From NCBI GenBank assembly GCA_037445145.1, contig JBBILB010000001.1:36637-100636 (forward strand): a stretch of DNA of 64,000 nucleotides, read 5' to 3'. The position numbers were made by a program, and so were the translations under genes. Under the pieces are notes generated by a model. That model did no database searches and had not been told where the DNA came from. It worked only from the letters and a program-made list of their open reading frames with translations. The stretch comes from Candidatus Woesearchaeota archaeon (GTDB taxonomy: Archaea; Nanobdellota; Nanobdellia; Woesearchaeales; ARS49). Numbering within the stretch: position 1 is the first letter of the stretch; every line of letters starts with the position of its first letter. Positions 28,508 to 38,434 of this stretch are shown in pieces.

Positions 28508-30144
28508 TACTCATCATCCTCTGCAGTGCCTGTGAGCTTTATTTTGTCTTCTTTATCTTCTTTTTCAGTGGCGGTTATTATTGCTGTGTTGCTTATTATG
28601 AATTCCTTGTTTTTTGCAAGCATTGAGGATAGCTGGTTTTCAATTATTTTCTTGTTCTCGCCTGATAGTATGGAGAGCGAGTCGGCTACTTCAGGGATAT
28701 ATCTCTCAAATATGTTAACTCTTTCTCTTTCCAGCCCAACTCTTTTTTTCTTGTTGACGTATGCTCCGAGCCTTCTGCCTGCCTCTTGCAGTGCAAGCTT
28801 GATTTCCTTCATGATTTCAGGATAGTGGGCAATTGCTTCTTTTGCTTCTGAGGTGAATGGGGGCCAGACAGAAGCCAGATGGACAACAATTGTTAGCGGT
28901 CCGACCGGCACTGCTCCTGCGCTTTGCTGCATTCCGTAAGGCTTCCAGTTTGTTTGCAGGATGCTCTTGAAGGCAGCGCATGCTGATTGCTGGTACAAAA
29001 GCGGGACCCTGTTTGCGAACCTCAAAATTCTTGCAGGCTCTTCTTTTGACTGCTGTCCGCCATAAGCCAAGGCAACTTCTATGACAAAAGGGATTCCACG
29101 GTAGACTTCTGGCGGTCTTGTGACTGCTGTGTAAAATTCTGCAGCAACTTCTTTTCTCAATCCTTTCTCAAGCAATTCCTCGCCTATGGGAACTATGCAG
29201 TCTGTTGGTGGAGCAATGATTTTTGTCTTTTTTATTCCTTCCATCAGTTTTTCCACGTGTCCGAGTTCAAGCTCGCGTGGTTTCATTTCAGGTGTAAGTC
29301 CTGCGTTTGCGCAGATTTCCTTTGCTGTCTGGGAGCCCACTCTTGAGAATTCGTTCATTAGGAATGACTGCAAAGTTCTTGATTCTGTTGACCTTATCAT
29401 TTTGAGCATTATTCCAAGCTCTACGCCGTAAGGGTGTGGCTTGATTTCCTGCGGCTCTCTTGGCAGCTTGTCAGAAGCCCGTGGGAAAATCAGTTGTTCT
29501 GCCTTTGGGTTTGTGTAAATTATTGTGGCATGCGGGTTGACAATGGCGGTTTCCTTGAGATAGCTGTCAACACTCTGGTCGCCTTTCTGATAGCTTGCTT
29601 CTATGTCAAGCTCGACTTTTGTTCCGCGCTCCTTTTTCCACTGAACTTCCTCATCCTTGACTATGTGCGGCTCGTTCGTTCTTGTGTCAAGGTGCAGTTC
29701 AAAATAGTGCGCAGAGTGCTTTGCGTCAATTCTTGAAGTTATCCTTGCGGGCCTTCCTGTCGTGAGCTGGGCATAAAGCACAGCCGCGGATATGCCTATT
29801 CCCTGCTGCCCCCTTGCCTGCTTCAATGAGTGGAACTTGCTTCCATACAGCAGCCTTGCAAATATTGGCGGAATCTGCTTTTTGACTATTCCCGGACCGT
29901 TGTCTTCCACGATTATCCTGAATCTTTCATTGCCCATTTCAATTATTTGGACAGAAATTTCAGGCAAAATCCGTGCTTCCTCACAGGCATCAAGTGCGTT
30001 GTCAACCGCTTCCTTTACCACGGTAAGGAGCGCCTTTCTTTTGTTGTCAAAGCCGAGCAGGTGCCTGTTTCTTTCAAAAAATTCTGCCACTGAAACTGCT
30101 CTTTGCTTTTCCGCCAGTTTTTCTGCAATGATTTTGTCAGCCAT
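28507..30144 (-). CDS. top6B: DNA topoisomerase VI subunit B
   Basis: [43 protein letters not shown]. Confidence 0.96.
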   Translation of the reverse strand: MADKIIAEKLAEKQRAVSVAEFFERNRHLLGFDNKRKALLTVVKEAVDNALDACEEARILPEISVQIIEMGNERFRIIVEDNGPGIVKKQIPPIFARLLYGSKFHSLKQARGQQGIGISAAVLYAQLTTGRPARITSRIDAKHSAHYFELHLDTRTNEPHIVKDEEVQWKKERGTKVELDIEASYQKGDQSVDSYLKETAIVNPHATIIYTNPKAEQLIFPRASDKLPREPQEIKPHPYGVELGIMLKMIRSTESRTLQSFLMNEFSRVGSQTAKEICANAGLTPEMKPRELELGHVEKLMEGIKKTKIIAPPTDCIVPIGEELLEKGLRKEVAAEFYTAVTRPPEVYRGIPFVIEVALAYGGQQSKEEPARILRFANRVPLLYQQSACAAFKSILQTNWKPYGMQQSAGAVPVGPLTIVVHLASVWPPFTSEAKEAIAHYPEIMKEIKLALQEAGRRLGAYVNKKKRVGLERERVNIFERYIPEVADSLSILSGENKKIIENQLSSMLAKNKEFIISNTAIITATEKEDKEDKIKLTGTAEDDE

Positions 30145-30700
30145 TGTCAACACCCTGTTCCATCAGGCGCATTTCCTTTCTCCTGCGCTCAAGGAACTTG
30201 TACACTGTTCCGTGCTTTCTTCCTGAAAGTAATGCCTCAACTGCCTTCCTGGCATTTGCAATATGGTCAAGCCTCCCAATAATGCCTATTGTCTTGCCGT
30301 AAACGCTGATGTTCGTGAATGTCAAATCCTCAATGGTCCTACGTGACTTTCCACCTTCGCCAATGACCCTTCCCCTGAGTCTTTCAAGCTCTTTTGGCGT
30401 TTTAGCATATTCCTTGAGGTTTATGAACTCCATGCCATAGTCCTGCTTTAGCAATTGCATTGCAATCTCGGGATTAAAACCCCTCCCTATTGCCCTGACT
30501 ATTTCCCTGCAGCTGTACAGCAAAAGCGGGTCCTTGCCCGAGATTGTCACGTCTCCCTCGCCTGAATCGACTTTTATCCGTGTCTTTGTGGATTTTTCCA
30601 GCTGTTTTTTCAGCTCGCCTTTCTTTCCTATGAGCACGGCGACCCTTTCCTTGGGTATTTTCAGCTCATAGGCAAATTCATCAGTTTCTAGGGGGGTCAT
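30137..30700 (-). CDS. KH-domain pre-rRNA processing protein (Dim2/Pno1/Krr1)
   Basis: LIGKKG and RVIGEGG KH GxxG loops, AIGRGF, HGTVY. Confidence 0.9.
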   Translation of the reverse strand: MTPLETDEFAYELKIPKERVAVLIGKKGELKKQLEKSTKTRIKVDSGEGDVTISGKDPLLLYSCREIVRAIGRGFNPEIAMQLLKQDYGMEFINLKEYAKTPKELERLRGRVIGEGGKSRRTIEDLTFTNISVYGKTIGIIGRLDHIANARKAVEALLSGRKHGTVYKFLERRRKEMRLMEQGVDNG

Positions 30701-30788
30701 AATCGTCAGGTGGTTTTGCTTGGAACGCAGCTTGCTTTTAAACCTTGCGCTGAGCGAAGCAAGGCGCAAATTTTCTCAAGTGCTGCCG

Positions 30789-31517
30789 CTATTCGCGAAC
30801 CGGCTTTGAGTTGGTTATTTTTTTTCTTACTTCTTCCTCTTCTGCTTTTACGCCTAATTTACTGAAGAATGTGCAAATGTTTTTTATGTCGCGAGCAAGG
30901 TATTCTTTTGAGTTTGGGTTTTCCAGCACTGTTGCCTGGCTCATGTCAATGAATACCGGCTCTTCGTTGTAGTTTAGTATGTTAAACTGGCTCAGGTCTG
31001 TGTGGACCATTCCTGCCTTGTATAATTTCTTCATTCCGCTGACAACTTTCTCAAAGAATTCCTGCGGGTTCTCTGGCAAGGCATCCTTTACTCTTGGCGC
31101 AGCAACTCCTTCATCGCCAATAAATTCCATCACAAGCACGTTATTCAATACTGCCCTTGGTGTTGGCACCCTGACTCCTGCCTCTCTTGCCTTTAGCAAG
31201 TTCCTGTACTCGCGTTTTGCCCACATCAGCACCACTTTTCTTCTGTTCTTGTCTATTCTTGGGAAGCGGGGGTCTGCCCTGAGATACTCATACATCTTGT
31301 TGAATTCTGCTGCATTAATCCTGTAAATCTTTACCATTACTTGCTCGCCCTGAGCCGTAGCAGAGAATATGTTTGCCTCTTTTCCAATGCTAATAGGGCT
31401 CTCAAGCCCATCCAGCTGCCCTTTTGAAATCAGCTTGATAATGGTTACATTCGTAAAGTTGTCAAATACGTCCTTGAATGTCTTCTTTATGTCTTCAGGG
31501 CGCCTTATGCGTGCCAT
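30789..31517 (-). CDS. rio1: RIO1 serine/threonine kinase
   Basis: ISIGKEANIF, VKIYR, WAKREYRNL, VHTDLSQFNIL, IDMSQ. Confidence 0.93.
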   Translation of the reverse strand: MARIRRPEDIKKTFKDVFDNFTNVTIIKLISKGQLDGLESPISIGKEANIFSATAQGEQVMVKIYRINAAEFNKMYEYLRADPRFPRIDKNRRKVVLMWAKREYRNLLKAREAGVRVPTPRAVLNNVLVMEFIGDEGVAAPRVKDALPENPQEFFEKVVSGMKKLYKAGMVHTDLSQFNILNYNEEPVFIDMSQATVLENPNSKEYLARDIKNICTFFSKLGVKAEEEEVRKKITNSKPVRE

Positions 31518-31693
31518 ACGACGATGAAGAAATGCTCAGTATTTATACCTTGCCTGCAAAGACTGCAGGCACATCAGTTATTTAACAAGACCAGGGCTGC
31601 CTGCATATCTCGCGCCAGCCGTTTCCATAGACAAAACCAAGGAAGAATTGAAAAAGTTGCTTATTTGATGCATCACGGATTTATAAACCAAAT

Positions 31694-31708
31694 ACGAAGC
31701 TTTATATA
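31694..31708 (+). promoter_or_regulatory. Archaeal BRE/TATA promoter upstream of the structured region and dnaG
   Basis: ACGAAGC followed by TTTATATA at 31701-31708, ~25 nt before the first helix. Confidence 0.6.
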
Positions 31709-31727
31709 GACCTGCAACATATAGTTT

Positions 31728-31992
31728 GGACAGGTTAAAAGGCCGCAAATACGGCCCGTTGCCGAGAGAACCCTGTGGAGCTGACGGAAAACCCAAGCAA
31801 TGAGCTCAGGGGGTTAGCGGCGTGGCTACAGGCCTTTTAACAAAGTCAAGATAACAATATAGAGACCGAAAAGAACCAATCATCATTATTCAATCATTTT
31901 CCTTCGATTTTGAAGGGGGATAAGCCAGAAAAGACAAAAGAAAGCAAAACAAGGATGCTTTTAGTCAAATCTGGCTGAACTGGTTCTTTTTT
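31728..31992 (+). ncRNA. Putative structured ncRNA or long 5' leader upstream of dnaG (unassigned family)
   Basis: Two long base-paired domains (GTTAAAAGGCC/GGCCTTTTAAC and AAAAGAACCA/TGGTTCTTTT) with internal helices and G-U pairs; no credible ORF. Confidence 0.6.
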
Positions 31993-32034
31993 GCCTCTTG
32001 ACAACAAAACAGGGATATAAATGGAGGGTTTAAA

Positions 32035-33336
32035 ATGGGAAAAATCAGTCCTATTTCATCTAAGTACATTATCAACGCAAGCATTGAAATTGAGGGTGTT
32101 GTTGACAGGCCGGACGTCATTGGCGCGGTCTTTGGTCAGACAGAAGGCCTTCTGGGCGCAGACCTTGAGCTGAGGGAGCTTCAGCGTTCTGGACGCATAG
32201 GAAGGATAGAAGTCAACACAGAGACAAAGGGCGGCAAGACGCAGGGAAGCATAATAATACCATCTTCTTTGGACAAGGCAGAAACAGCAATAGTTGCCGC
32301 AGCGCTGGAAATCATACAAAGAATAGGTCCCTGCAATGCAAAGCTGAAGGTCACAAACATTGAGGATGTCAGGATTAGCAAGAGGAACTTTGTCATTGAG
32401 CGCGCAAAGGAATTGCTCAGGACAATGGTTGACTCGGTAATGCCTGACTCGCAGGAGCTTGCGGAGGAAGTAGCCCACTCAGTAAGGGTTATGGAAATCA
32501 CTGAGTACGGAAGGGACAGATGCCCTGCAGGGCCTGGAATTGAGGACTCTGACGAAGTGATTGTTGTTGAAGGCAGGGCAGACGTCCTGAACCTGCTCAA
32601 GAACGGCTTCAAGAACGTCATTGCAATGAATGGAACACAGGTGCCACAGACAATAGTTGACCTGAGCAGGAAAAAAGACATTGTTGTGTTCATTGACGGC
32701 GACAGGGGCGGAAACCTTATTCTTAAGGAATTGCTGAACATTGCAGAGATTGACTTTGTGGCACGCGCTCCTGATGGAAAGGAGGTTGAGGAGCTCACAA
32801 AGAAGGAAATCCACAAAGCGTTGAGAAGCAGAATAACTGTTGAGCAGGCAAAGCTTGAGCTTGCCGCAAATGACACCTCGCAGAGCATTCGCAGGCCAAT
32901 GCTGCGGGAGACCACGTCAAGAATTCAGTCAGTTCCTGTCAGGGTCGTGCAGCCCCAAAGGATGCAGCCCCTGGTTAGATCGGTTCCCATCGAGGCTGAA
33001 CTCAGGAGGGTTGCGCCGGTTGCGCCAGTAATGCAGGGGAGGCAGTTGAACCCTGAGGAGAAGAAGCGCTTTGGCAGCATGCTCGAAAACCTGATAGGCA
33101 CAAGGGGCGCTTACCTCTTGGACAACAAGATGAACGTGCTTGGCAAGGTTCCTTTCACAGAGCTCTCAAGCACTTTGAAGAGCCTTAATTCGGGCGTTTA
33201 TGCCGTTGTCTTTGACGGCTCTGCCGACAAGGAAATCACAGACGTTGCAGAAAAGGCAGGGGTCAAGCACGTCATAGCAATGGACAGCCGCGTCAAGGAC
33301 ACTGCAGTGAACGTGGTTACTGCGGCTGAATTGTAA
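32035..33336 (+). CDS. dnaG: Archaeal DnaG (TOPRIM; primase-like, exosome-associated)
   Basis: GVVDRPDVIGAVFGQTEGLLG, LRELQRSGRIGRI, VVEGRADV, DGDRGG. Confidence 0.95.
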   Translation: MGKISPISSKYIINASIEIEGVVDRPDVIGAVFGQTEGLLGADLELRELQRSGRIGRIEVNTETKGGKTQGSIIIPSSLDKAETAIVAAALEIIQRIGPCNAKLKVTNIEDVRISKRNFVIERAKELLRTMVDSVMPDSQELAEEVAHSVRVMEITEYGRDRCPAGPGIEDSDEVIVVEGRADVLNLLKNGFKNVIAMNGTQVPQTIVDLSRKKDIVVFIDGDRGGNLILKELLNIAEIDFVARAPDGKEVEELTKKEIHKALRSRITVEQAKLELAANDTSQSIRRPMLRETTSRIQSVPVRVVQPQRMQPLVRSVPIEAELRRVAPVAPVMQGRQLNPEEKKRFGSMLENLIGTRGAYLLDNKMNVLGKVPFTELSSTLKSLNSGVYAVVFDGSADKEITDVAEKAGVKHVIAMDSRVKDTAVNVVTAAEL

Positions 33337-33503
33337 GGGGGCAGGCAAAAAAGCTACAGGAACAAAACCCCAAACAAGTCATTATCGCAAATACATTCCT
33401 TGACGCAGCTGTCAAAGTGGTTTGCAACTTTGAGTATAGCAAGGGATGCAAGAGAGCGTAAACCTTTTTATACTCATTAATCACAGTTCTTCCCGAAAAG
33501 AGG

Positions 33504-34844
33504 ATGGCATATGAAATAGTTCTTGGAAGGGAAGAAGAGGAAAGGAACAAGTTTGGAATCCTTGGCACAATACTTCTTGGCAAGCACTATGTCCAGATGG
33601 GCCAGACAACTGCATTGGCGCAGAACATTTACCTTGACCTCAACAAGGCGCATGTTGTTTTCGTTTGTGGAAAGAGAGGCTCTGGAAAGTCATACTCGCT
33701 TGGAGTCATTGCAGAAGGCATTGCAACACTGCCTGAAGAGCAGCGCTCAAGATTGGCGGTTGTCCTGCTCGACACGATGGGCATTTACTGGACAATGAAA
33801 TACCCGAACAACAAGGACGAGCATTTGCTGAAGCAGTGGGACATGGAAGGCAGAGGCATTCCTGTAAAAATCTTCACGCCAACAGGCTTTTTCAGGAAAT
33901 ACAAGCAGGAAGGAATTCCAACAGACGCACCTTTCTCAATCAGGCCGTACGAGCTGTCGCCAGAGGACTGGAACCTGACTTTTGACATACATGCGGATGA
34001 CCCATTGGCTGTTTTCATTGCGAGAATAATCCTTACGCTGAAAAAGGACAGGGATGATTACGACGTTGAGGACATTATTGAGGCGGTGCAGACAGACCCG
34101 CGGGAGGAGGAGCACGTTAAGAATGCTGCCCTGAACAGGTTCAGGGGCGTTGAGCAATGGGGGGTGTTTAGCAGGGAGGCGACGCCGTTAAGGGACCTTG
34201 TGCGCGGCGGTCAAGTCACAATTCTTGACCTCAGCCCGTATGCAGTCATGCCTGGCGGCTGGAAAATCAAGCATCTTGTCATAGGTCTTGTTGCAGAGCG
34301 GCTTTTCATGGAGCGCATGGTTGTGAGGAAGAACGAGGAATTCCAAAGCATCCATTCCGCAATACACTACTTGCTCAGCCAGGAGGAAGAGGAGGAAGAA
34401 AAGCTCAGGTCAAGGGAAATGCCCATTGTGTGGATAATGATTGACGAGGCTCACGAGTTCCTGCCTGCGGGGGAAAAGACAGCCGCAACCGACGCCCTTA
34501 TTACACTTCTCAGGGAAGGCCGCCAGCCTGGAATAGCGCTGGTATTATCAACCCAGCAGCCGGGCAAGATACACACAGATGCAATGACCCAGTCGGATAT
34601 TGTGCTCGCCCACCGTTTGACAGCAAAGGTTGACACTGACGCATTGGGCAATATCATCCAGAGTTATTTGAAGGGCTCGCTTGACAAGGAGCTCTCACTG
34701 CTTCCAAGGGTTGCCGGCGCGTGCATTGCTGTTGATGACGTGAATGAGCGCATGTATCCGATGCAGGTCCGGCCGAGGTTCAGCTGGCATGGCGGAGGGG
34801 CGCCAAAGATAGTTGAAGAAAAAAAGAAGGCATTGGAATTCTAA
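33504..34844 (+). CDS. HerA/FtsK-superfamily ATPase (DUF87)
   Basis: GKRGSGKS Walker A, LDTMG, IMIDEAH Walker B, REGRQPG, STQQP. Confidence 0.88.
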   Translation: MAYEIVLGREEEERNKFGILGTILLGKHYVQMGQTTALAQNIYLDLNKAHVVFVCGKRGSGKSYSLGVIAEGIATLPEEQRSRLAVVLLDTMGIYWTMKYPNNKDEHLLKQWDMEGRGIPVKIFTPTGFFRKYKQEGIPTDAPFSIRPYELSPEDWNLTFDIHADDPLAVFIARIILTLKKDRDDYDVEDIIEAVQTDPREEEHVKNAALNRFRGVEQWGVFSREATPLRDLVRGGQVTILDLSPYAVMPGGWKIKHLVIGLVAERLFMERMVVRKNEEFQSIHSAIHYLLSQEEEEEEKLRSREMPIVWIMIDEAHEFLPAGEKTAATDALITLLREGRQPGIALVLSTQQPGKIHTDAMTQSDIVLAHRLTAKVDTDALGNIIQSYLKGSLDKELSLLPRVAGACIAVDDVNERMYPMQVRPRFSWHGGGAPKIVEEKKKALEF

Positions 34845-34864
34845 TAAATGAAAAAAAATCTGCC

Positions 34865-35608
34865 TTAAATGGCAGGCGGAGTGACGTCCTTGTCTGTGAG
34901 CGTGTTGAACTGCAGGTCATTGAACTTGTAGTTCAGCTCCTGTCCTGACGACGGCACAATCCTTACAGCCCGCGGGATTCCGTAGGTGTCGTCAACCCAC
35001 ATCTGGACAAGCTTTCCGTCCTCCTCATACTCTATCTTGGTCACGGTGCGCTCGTCGTACAATTCAGGGCCGACTATTTTTGCTGTTGGCGGCACTGACT
35101 TGACAAACTCGTATGGTGTTTTTGTGATGTACTTGCTGTAGTCCAGGTTTTCCCACGTCTTTTTCGTGTTGTCTCCCTGCGGCCATATGCATCTGCGTCT
35201 GTTTTCGCACCTTCCGATAGCTGTCTTTGCAACAGTGTCAAGGTAGACTGTGTCAAAATAGGTTTCTGCAACATAAGGGTCGTACTCGTAGAGCTTGATT
35301 TTTGCCTTTGTGCCTTTTATGTAGAACTTGTCAGGCTGCTGCTTTGTCGGAATGATAAGCTCAAGGTATGAATAGCTCTTTACTTTCTGGTCTGCCCTGC
35401 TGAGCAATTCCTGTAGCTCCTTTGAAGCTGTGGGGATTGGCTTTGCCTCAACAGGCGTTGGTCCTGGCGGCGCAGGCGCTGCCGGCTGTGCGGCTGGCGG
35501 TGCAGCAGGAGCCGCTGGTGGTGATGCAGGCGCTGCGGGCTGTGCGGCTGGCGCGCACGAAATCAGCACAAGCACAAGAAATGCCGCAATAAGTATTGTG
35601 TATTTCAT
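34865..35608 (-). CDS. Lipoprotein with Pro/Ala-rich linker and a probable LolA/DUF4412-like beta fold
   Basis: LISC lipobox, PAAP repeats, C-terminal MWVDDTYGIP...FNTLTDKDV. Confidence 0.65.
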   Translation of the reverse strand: MKYTILIAAFLVLVLISCAPAAQPAAPASPPAAPAAPPAAQPAAPAPPGPTPVEAKPIPTASKELQELLSRADQKVKSYSYLELIIPTKQQPDKFYIKGTKAKIKLYEYDPYVAETYFDTVYLDTVAKTAIGRCENRRRCIWPQGDNTKKTWENLDYSKYITKTPYEFVKSVPPTAKIVGPELYDERTVTKIEYEEDGKLVQMWVDDTYGIPRAVRIVPSSGQELNYKFNDLQFNTLTDKDVTPPAI

Positions 35609-35632
35609 ATTTCTCCTCCCCCAAATGTTTCT

Positions 35633-35905
35633 TTATTTTATCGGTCTTGCGCCGAGCTGCGCATCAGGCGACGCGCGGCTCATTGATATCATTGATGCAA
35701 GGAACATGCACGCGAACACTACAGCAAACGCGACTGCCATCGGGACAGAGAATTTCTGGACATAAAGCACTGACACAAAAAATCCCACCATGCTGGCAAC
35801 CATAAAGCCGACACTAAGCGGAGCCCATTTCCTGCCGCTTGCCTGCTGTTCCGGAGGAATATCCCTTTTGACAGGACCGTGCTTGTGGTCTCCCATTCTT
35901 GCCAT
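35633..35905 (-). CDS. Small two-TM hypothetical membrane protein
   Basis: PLSVGFMVASMVGFF and AVVFACMFLASMISM hydrophobic segments; TATA upstream. Confidence 0.7.
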   Translation of the reverse strand: MARMGDHKHGPVKRDIPPEQQASGRKWAPLSVGFMVASMVGFFVSVLYVQKFSVPMAVAFAVVFACMFLASMISMSRASPDAQLGARPIK

Positions 35906-35945
35906 ACGCTTGCCTTTCCTTCCGAGATATATAAATGTTTCTGCA

Positions 35946-37037
35946 CTAGCTGAACCGGATGAAATTAAGGTCTTTTACGATTTTTTTGGCTTGCTCAAGT
36001 TTTTGCACAAAGTCTTCCATGAATGCTGTCATTTTTTCGCACGCAATCTTCTTGAGCTCTCCTGAAAGCATCTGGCCTGTCTTGTACTGCTGGTAAATCA
36101 GCTCCAGCTTGTTGTCGTTCTCTATCAGGTGCATTTTCAGGAGCTCAAAAACCATGTCTTTTTCAACTTCTGCGCCGAGCTTTCTCTGCTCTTCTGCTGT
36201 CTTCCTGCCGCCTGTGACTGCTTTCTGGATTTTCCTGCACGCCTCCTTCGGGTCCTCCGGCAGTTCTATGCAGCTTCCCGGCTTGCTCTTGCTCATTTTC
36301 AGCGAACCGTCAAGCGACGGCGTGAACTTGTGGTAGATGCCTGCAGGAGGAATCATTTTGTGCATCCTGCCTGAGCGCTCGACAACATCTCTTGTGAGGC
36401 GTATGTGCGGGTCCTGGTCAATCCCGACAGGAATCACGCCAGGCATTTTTTCTTTGAGCTGGGGGAAAAGCATGTCACCTACCTGTGTCACGGCAGCCAT
36501 TATTCTTGCAGGGTCTGCATTGCCGTAAACAGCCCTGAACTCGTTAAGTGTTATTTTCTGGGCTGCCTCGTAAGCGAGGTGCATGACATCCTTATTCTCG
36601 CTCTGGAAGTAGAAGATTGTCTTTTCAGGGTCAAGCCCGAGCGCAATGTATGCAGGAATGTGGAATTCAAGCGCCCTTTTCCGCGCGATTTCCAAGGAGA
36701 CGCCCCTTGTTGTGGCTGCCTCAAGGTCTGCCACAAGCACGTATGTTTTTGCGCCGTGCTCCTGGAAGTACCGCATCTGCTCCACAACCATCTTTGTGCC
36801 GAAATGCACTTTGTCAGCAGTGGGCATTATGCCTGTGAGCGCATAATATGGCTTCTTTTTCCTGATGCAGTCAGCAATAACTTTCTGATCCCTTGCTGCA
36901 AACACAATCCTTCTTCTCATCAATCTGTTTGGCTCTGGGAATAAGGAAGGATCAAATACCTCAAGCCCGAACTGCTTCACAATCTTCTCGTATTCCGCAG
37001 GCAATTCTGCGCCCCACGGGTCAATTATCAGCGCCAT
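35946..37037 (-). CDS. trpS: Tryptophan--tRNA ligase (archaeal type)
   Basis: TGIMPT..VHFG (HIGH-like), PVGIDQDPHIRLTRD, KMSKS, TGGR. Confidence 0.93.
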   Translation of the reverse strand: MALIIDPWGAELPAEYEKIVKQFGLEVFDPSLFPEPNRLMRRRIVFAARDQKVIADCIRKKKPYYALTGIMPTADKVHFGTKMVVEQMRYFQEHGAKTYVLVADLEAATTRGVSLEIARKRALEFHIPAYIALGLDPEKTIFYFQSENKDVMHLAYEAAQKITLNEFRAVYGNADPARIMAAVTQVGDMLFPQLKEKMPGVIPVGIDQDPHIRLTRDVVERSGRMHKMIPPAGIYHKFTPSLDGSLKMSKSKPGSCIELPEDPKEACRKIQKAVTGGRKTAEEQRKLGAEVEKDMVFELLKMHLIENDNKLELIYQQYKTGQMLSGELKKIACEKMTAFMEDFVQKLEQAKKIVKDLNFIRFS

Positions 37038-37051
37038 GCCTAGCGGTTTGG

Positions 37052-37510
37052 CTATTCTGGTTTAAAAATCTTCTCAACGAGGGCAAGCGCCGCGGTCCTT
37101 GTTGCGGGAAACGCCGCAAGGCTCATTTTTATGTGATAACACCAGCCGGAGTCTGTTATGAAAATGCGCCTGTCAGAAATCCATTTGTCCTTGCCGATGC
37201 GGATGAAAAAGTGCAGCTCATTGTCAAGCCTTGACTCCCTCTGCCTTAGCAAAAGCTCTTTTTGCTCTTTTGTTAACCTATTTAACAATGCTTTGAGGAA
37301 TGTGTTTGTGTGCGCTGTCTTGTAAAGCGTTATCCTGAATATCTTTATTGGCTGATCGTTAAAACCCTGCGCGGTTTCCTCATTTACCTCAATCTTTTCC
37401 TTTTCAAGGTTTAATGGCACAAGCTCAACAAGCCCATTCCTGACCGCGGGAACATCTTCCTCTGCAGGTTTTGCAAAGACAGAAATCACCACATTGTTAA
37501 GGTATTTCAT
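37052..37510 (-). CDS. DUF54-family putative RNA-binding protein
   Basis: ISVFAKPAEED, AQGF..QPI, FFIRIGK, AAFPA. Confidence 0.75.
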   Translation of the reverse strand: MKYLNNVVISVFAKPAEEDVPAVRNGLVELVPLNLEKEKIEVNEETAQGFNDQPIKIFRITLYKTAHTNTFLKALLNRLTKEQKELLLRQRESRLDNELHFFIRIGKDKWISDRRIFITDSGWCYHIKMSLAAFPATRTAALALVEKIFKPE

Positions 37511-37561
37511 CTGCCACAGCAAAACGCAGGGTTTATATAAGCTTTCACCGCCAGCAGGGGC

Positions 37562-38434
37562 ATGAAGCACAACGGGCCTGTCACGCTTTTGCTTGTAGGC
37601 ATGTTCCTGCTAGCCCAGGTTATTGGGCTGTTTATTATAAGCGCATACGTTGACATCCAGAAGACAGCAGAGACAGGAAAGGTTGAGTGGGAGCCGTTGC
37701 CCTCCATTGCAGGCTTTGTGATGGAGCGGCCTGAGGCAGCGCCCGGTGTTTCTGTGTTTTACATCCTGCTGGCTTTGCTTATCGGCACTGTCCTCATACT
37801 GCTCATAATCAGGATGCACAAGGTGATTTTGTGGAAGATATGGTTCTGGCTTGCTGTTGTCCTCTGCCTGCATATTGCGTTTGCTGCATTCATGCCTGCC
37901 AATTATGCTCTTTTGCTTGCACTTTTGCTTGGCTCGTGGAAAATATTCAGGCCTGGCGTGCTCGTGCATAACGTGACAGAGCTTTTCATTTATGGCGGGC
38001 TTGCTGTCATTTTTGTCCCCCTGCTAACCCCCTTGACCACAATAATTTTGCTCATGCTTATTTCCTGCTATGACATGTATGCTGTGTGGCGCTCCCAGCA
38101 CATGGCAAAAATGGCGCAGTTCCAGGCAAAAAGCGGCATCTTTGCAGGACTGCTTTTGCCTTATGCTCCAAAGAAAGTCGTGCTTAAGGTGCCGAAAAAG
38201 CCAGGAATGCCCAGGACTGCAATCCTTGGCGGCGGCGACATCGGTTTCCCGCTTATTTTTGCAGGTGTTGTGATGAAGACTCTCGGACTACAGCAGGCTG
38301 CGGTCGTGGCTGTCGGCGCTGCGCTTGCGCTTCTCGGGCTTTTGTTTTTCGGCCAGAAAAAAAGGTTTTATCCTGCAATGCCGTTCCTCTCAGCAGGCTG
38401 CCTTATTGGGTATGGCTTTGCTTTCCTGCTGTGA
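37562..38434 (+). CDS. Presenilin/SPP-family intramembrane aspartyl protease
   Basis: YDMYAVW (YD), LGGGD (GxGD), PAMP (PAL-type) and multiple TM segments. Confidence 0.92.
   Translation: MKHNGPVTLLLVGMFLLAQVIGLFIISAYVDIQKTAETGKVEWEPLPSIAGFVMERPEAAPGVSVFYILLALLIGTVLILLIIRMHKVILWKIWFWLAVVLCLHIAFAAFMPANYALLLALLLGSWKIFRPGVLVHNVTELFIYGGLAVIFVPLLTPLTTIILLMLISCYDMYAVWRSQHMAKMAQFQAKSGIFAGLLLPYAPKKVVLKVPKKPGMPRTAILGGGDIGFPLIFAGVVMKTLGLQQAAVVAVGAALALLGLLFFGQKKRFYPAMPFLSAGCLIGYGFAFLL

Noticed and set aside
31524..31796. Short ORFs (61 and 72 aa) in the rio1-dnaG gap
   Set aside because: They have no RBS or motifs and they cross TATA boxes and the structured region; treated as spurious.
31734..31845. 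H/ACA or C/D guide RNA interpretation of the dnaG-upstream hairpin
   Set aside because: ACA trinucleotides follow the stems, but I could not build a convincing K-turn, a bipartite pseudouridylation pocket or a box C/D pair; left unassigned.
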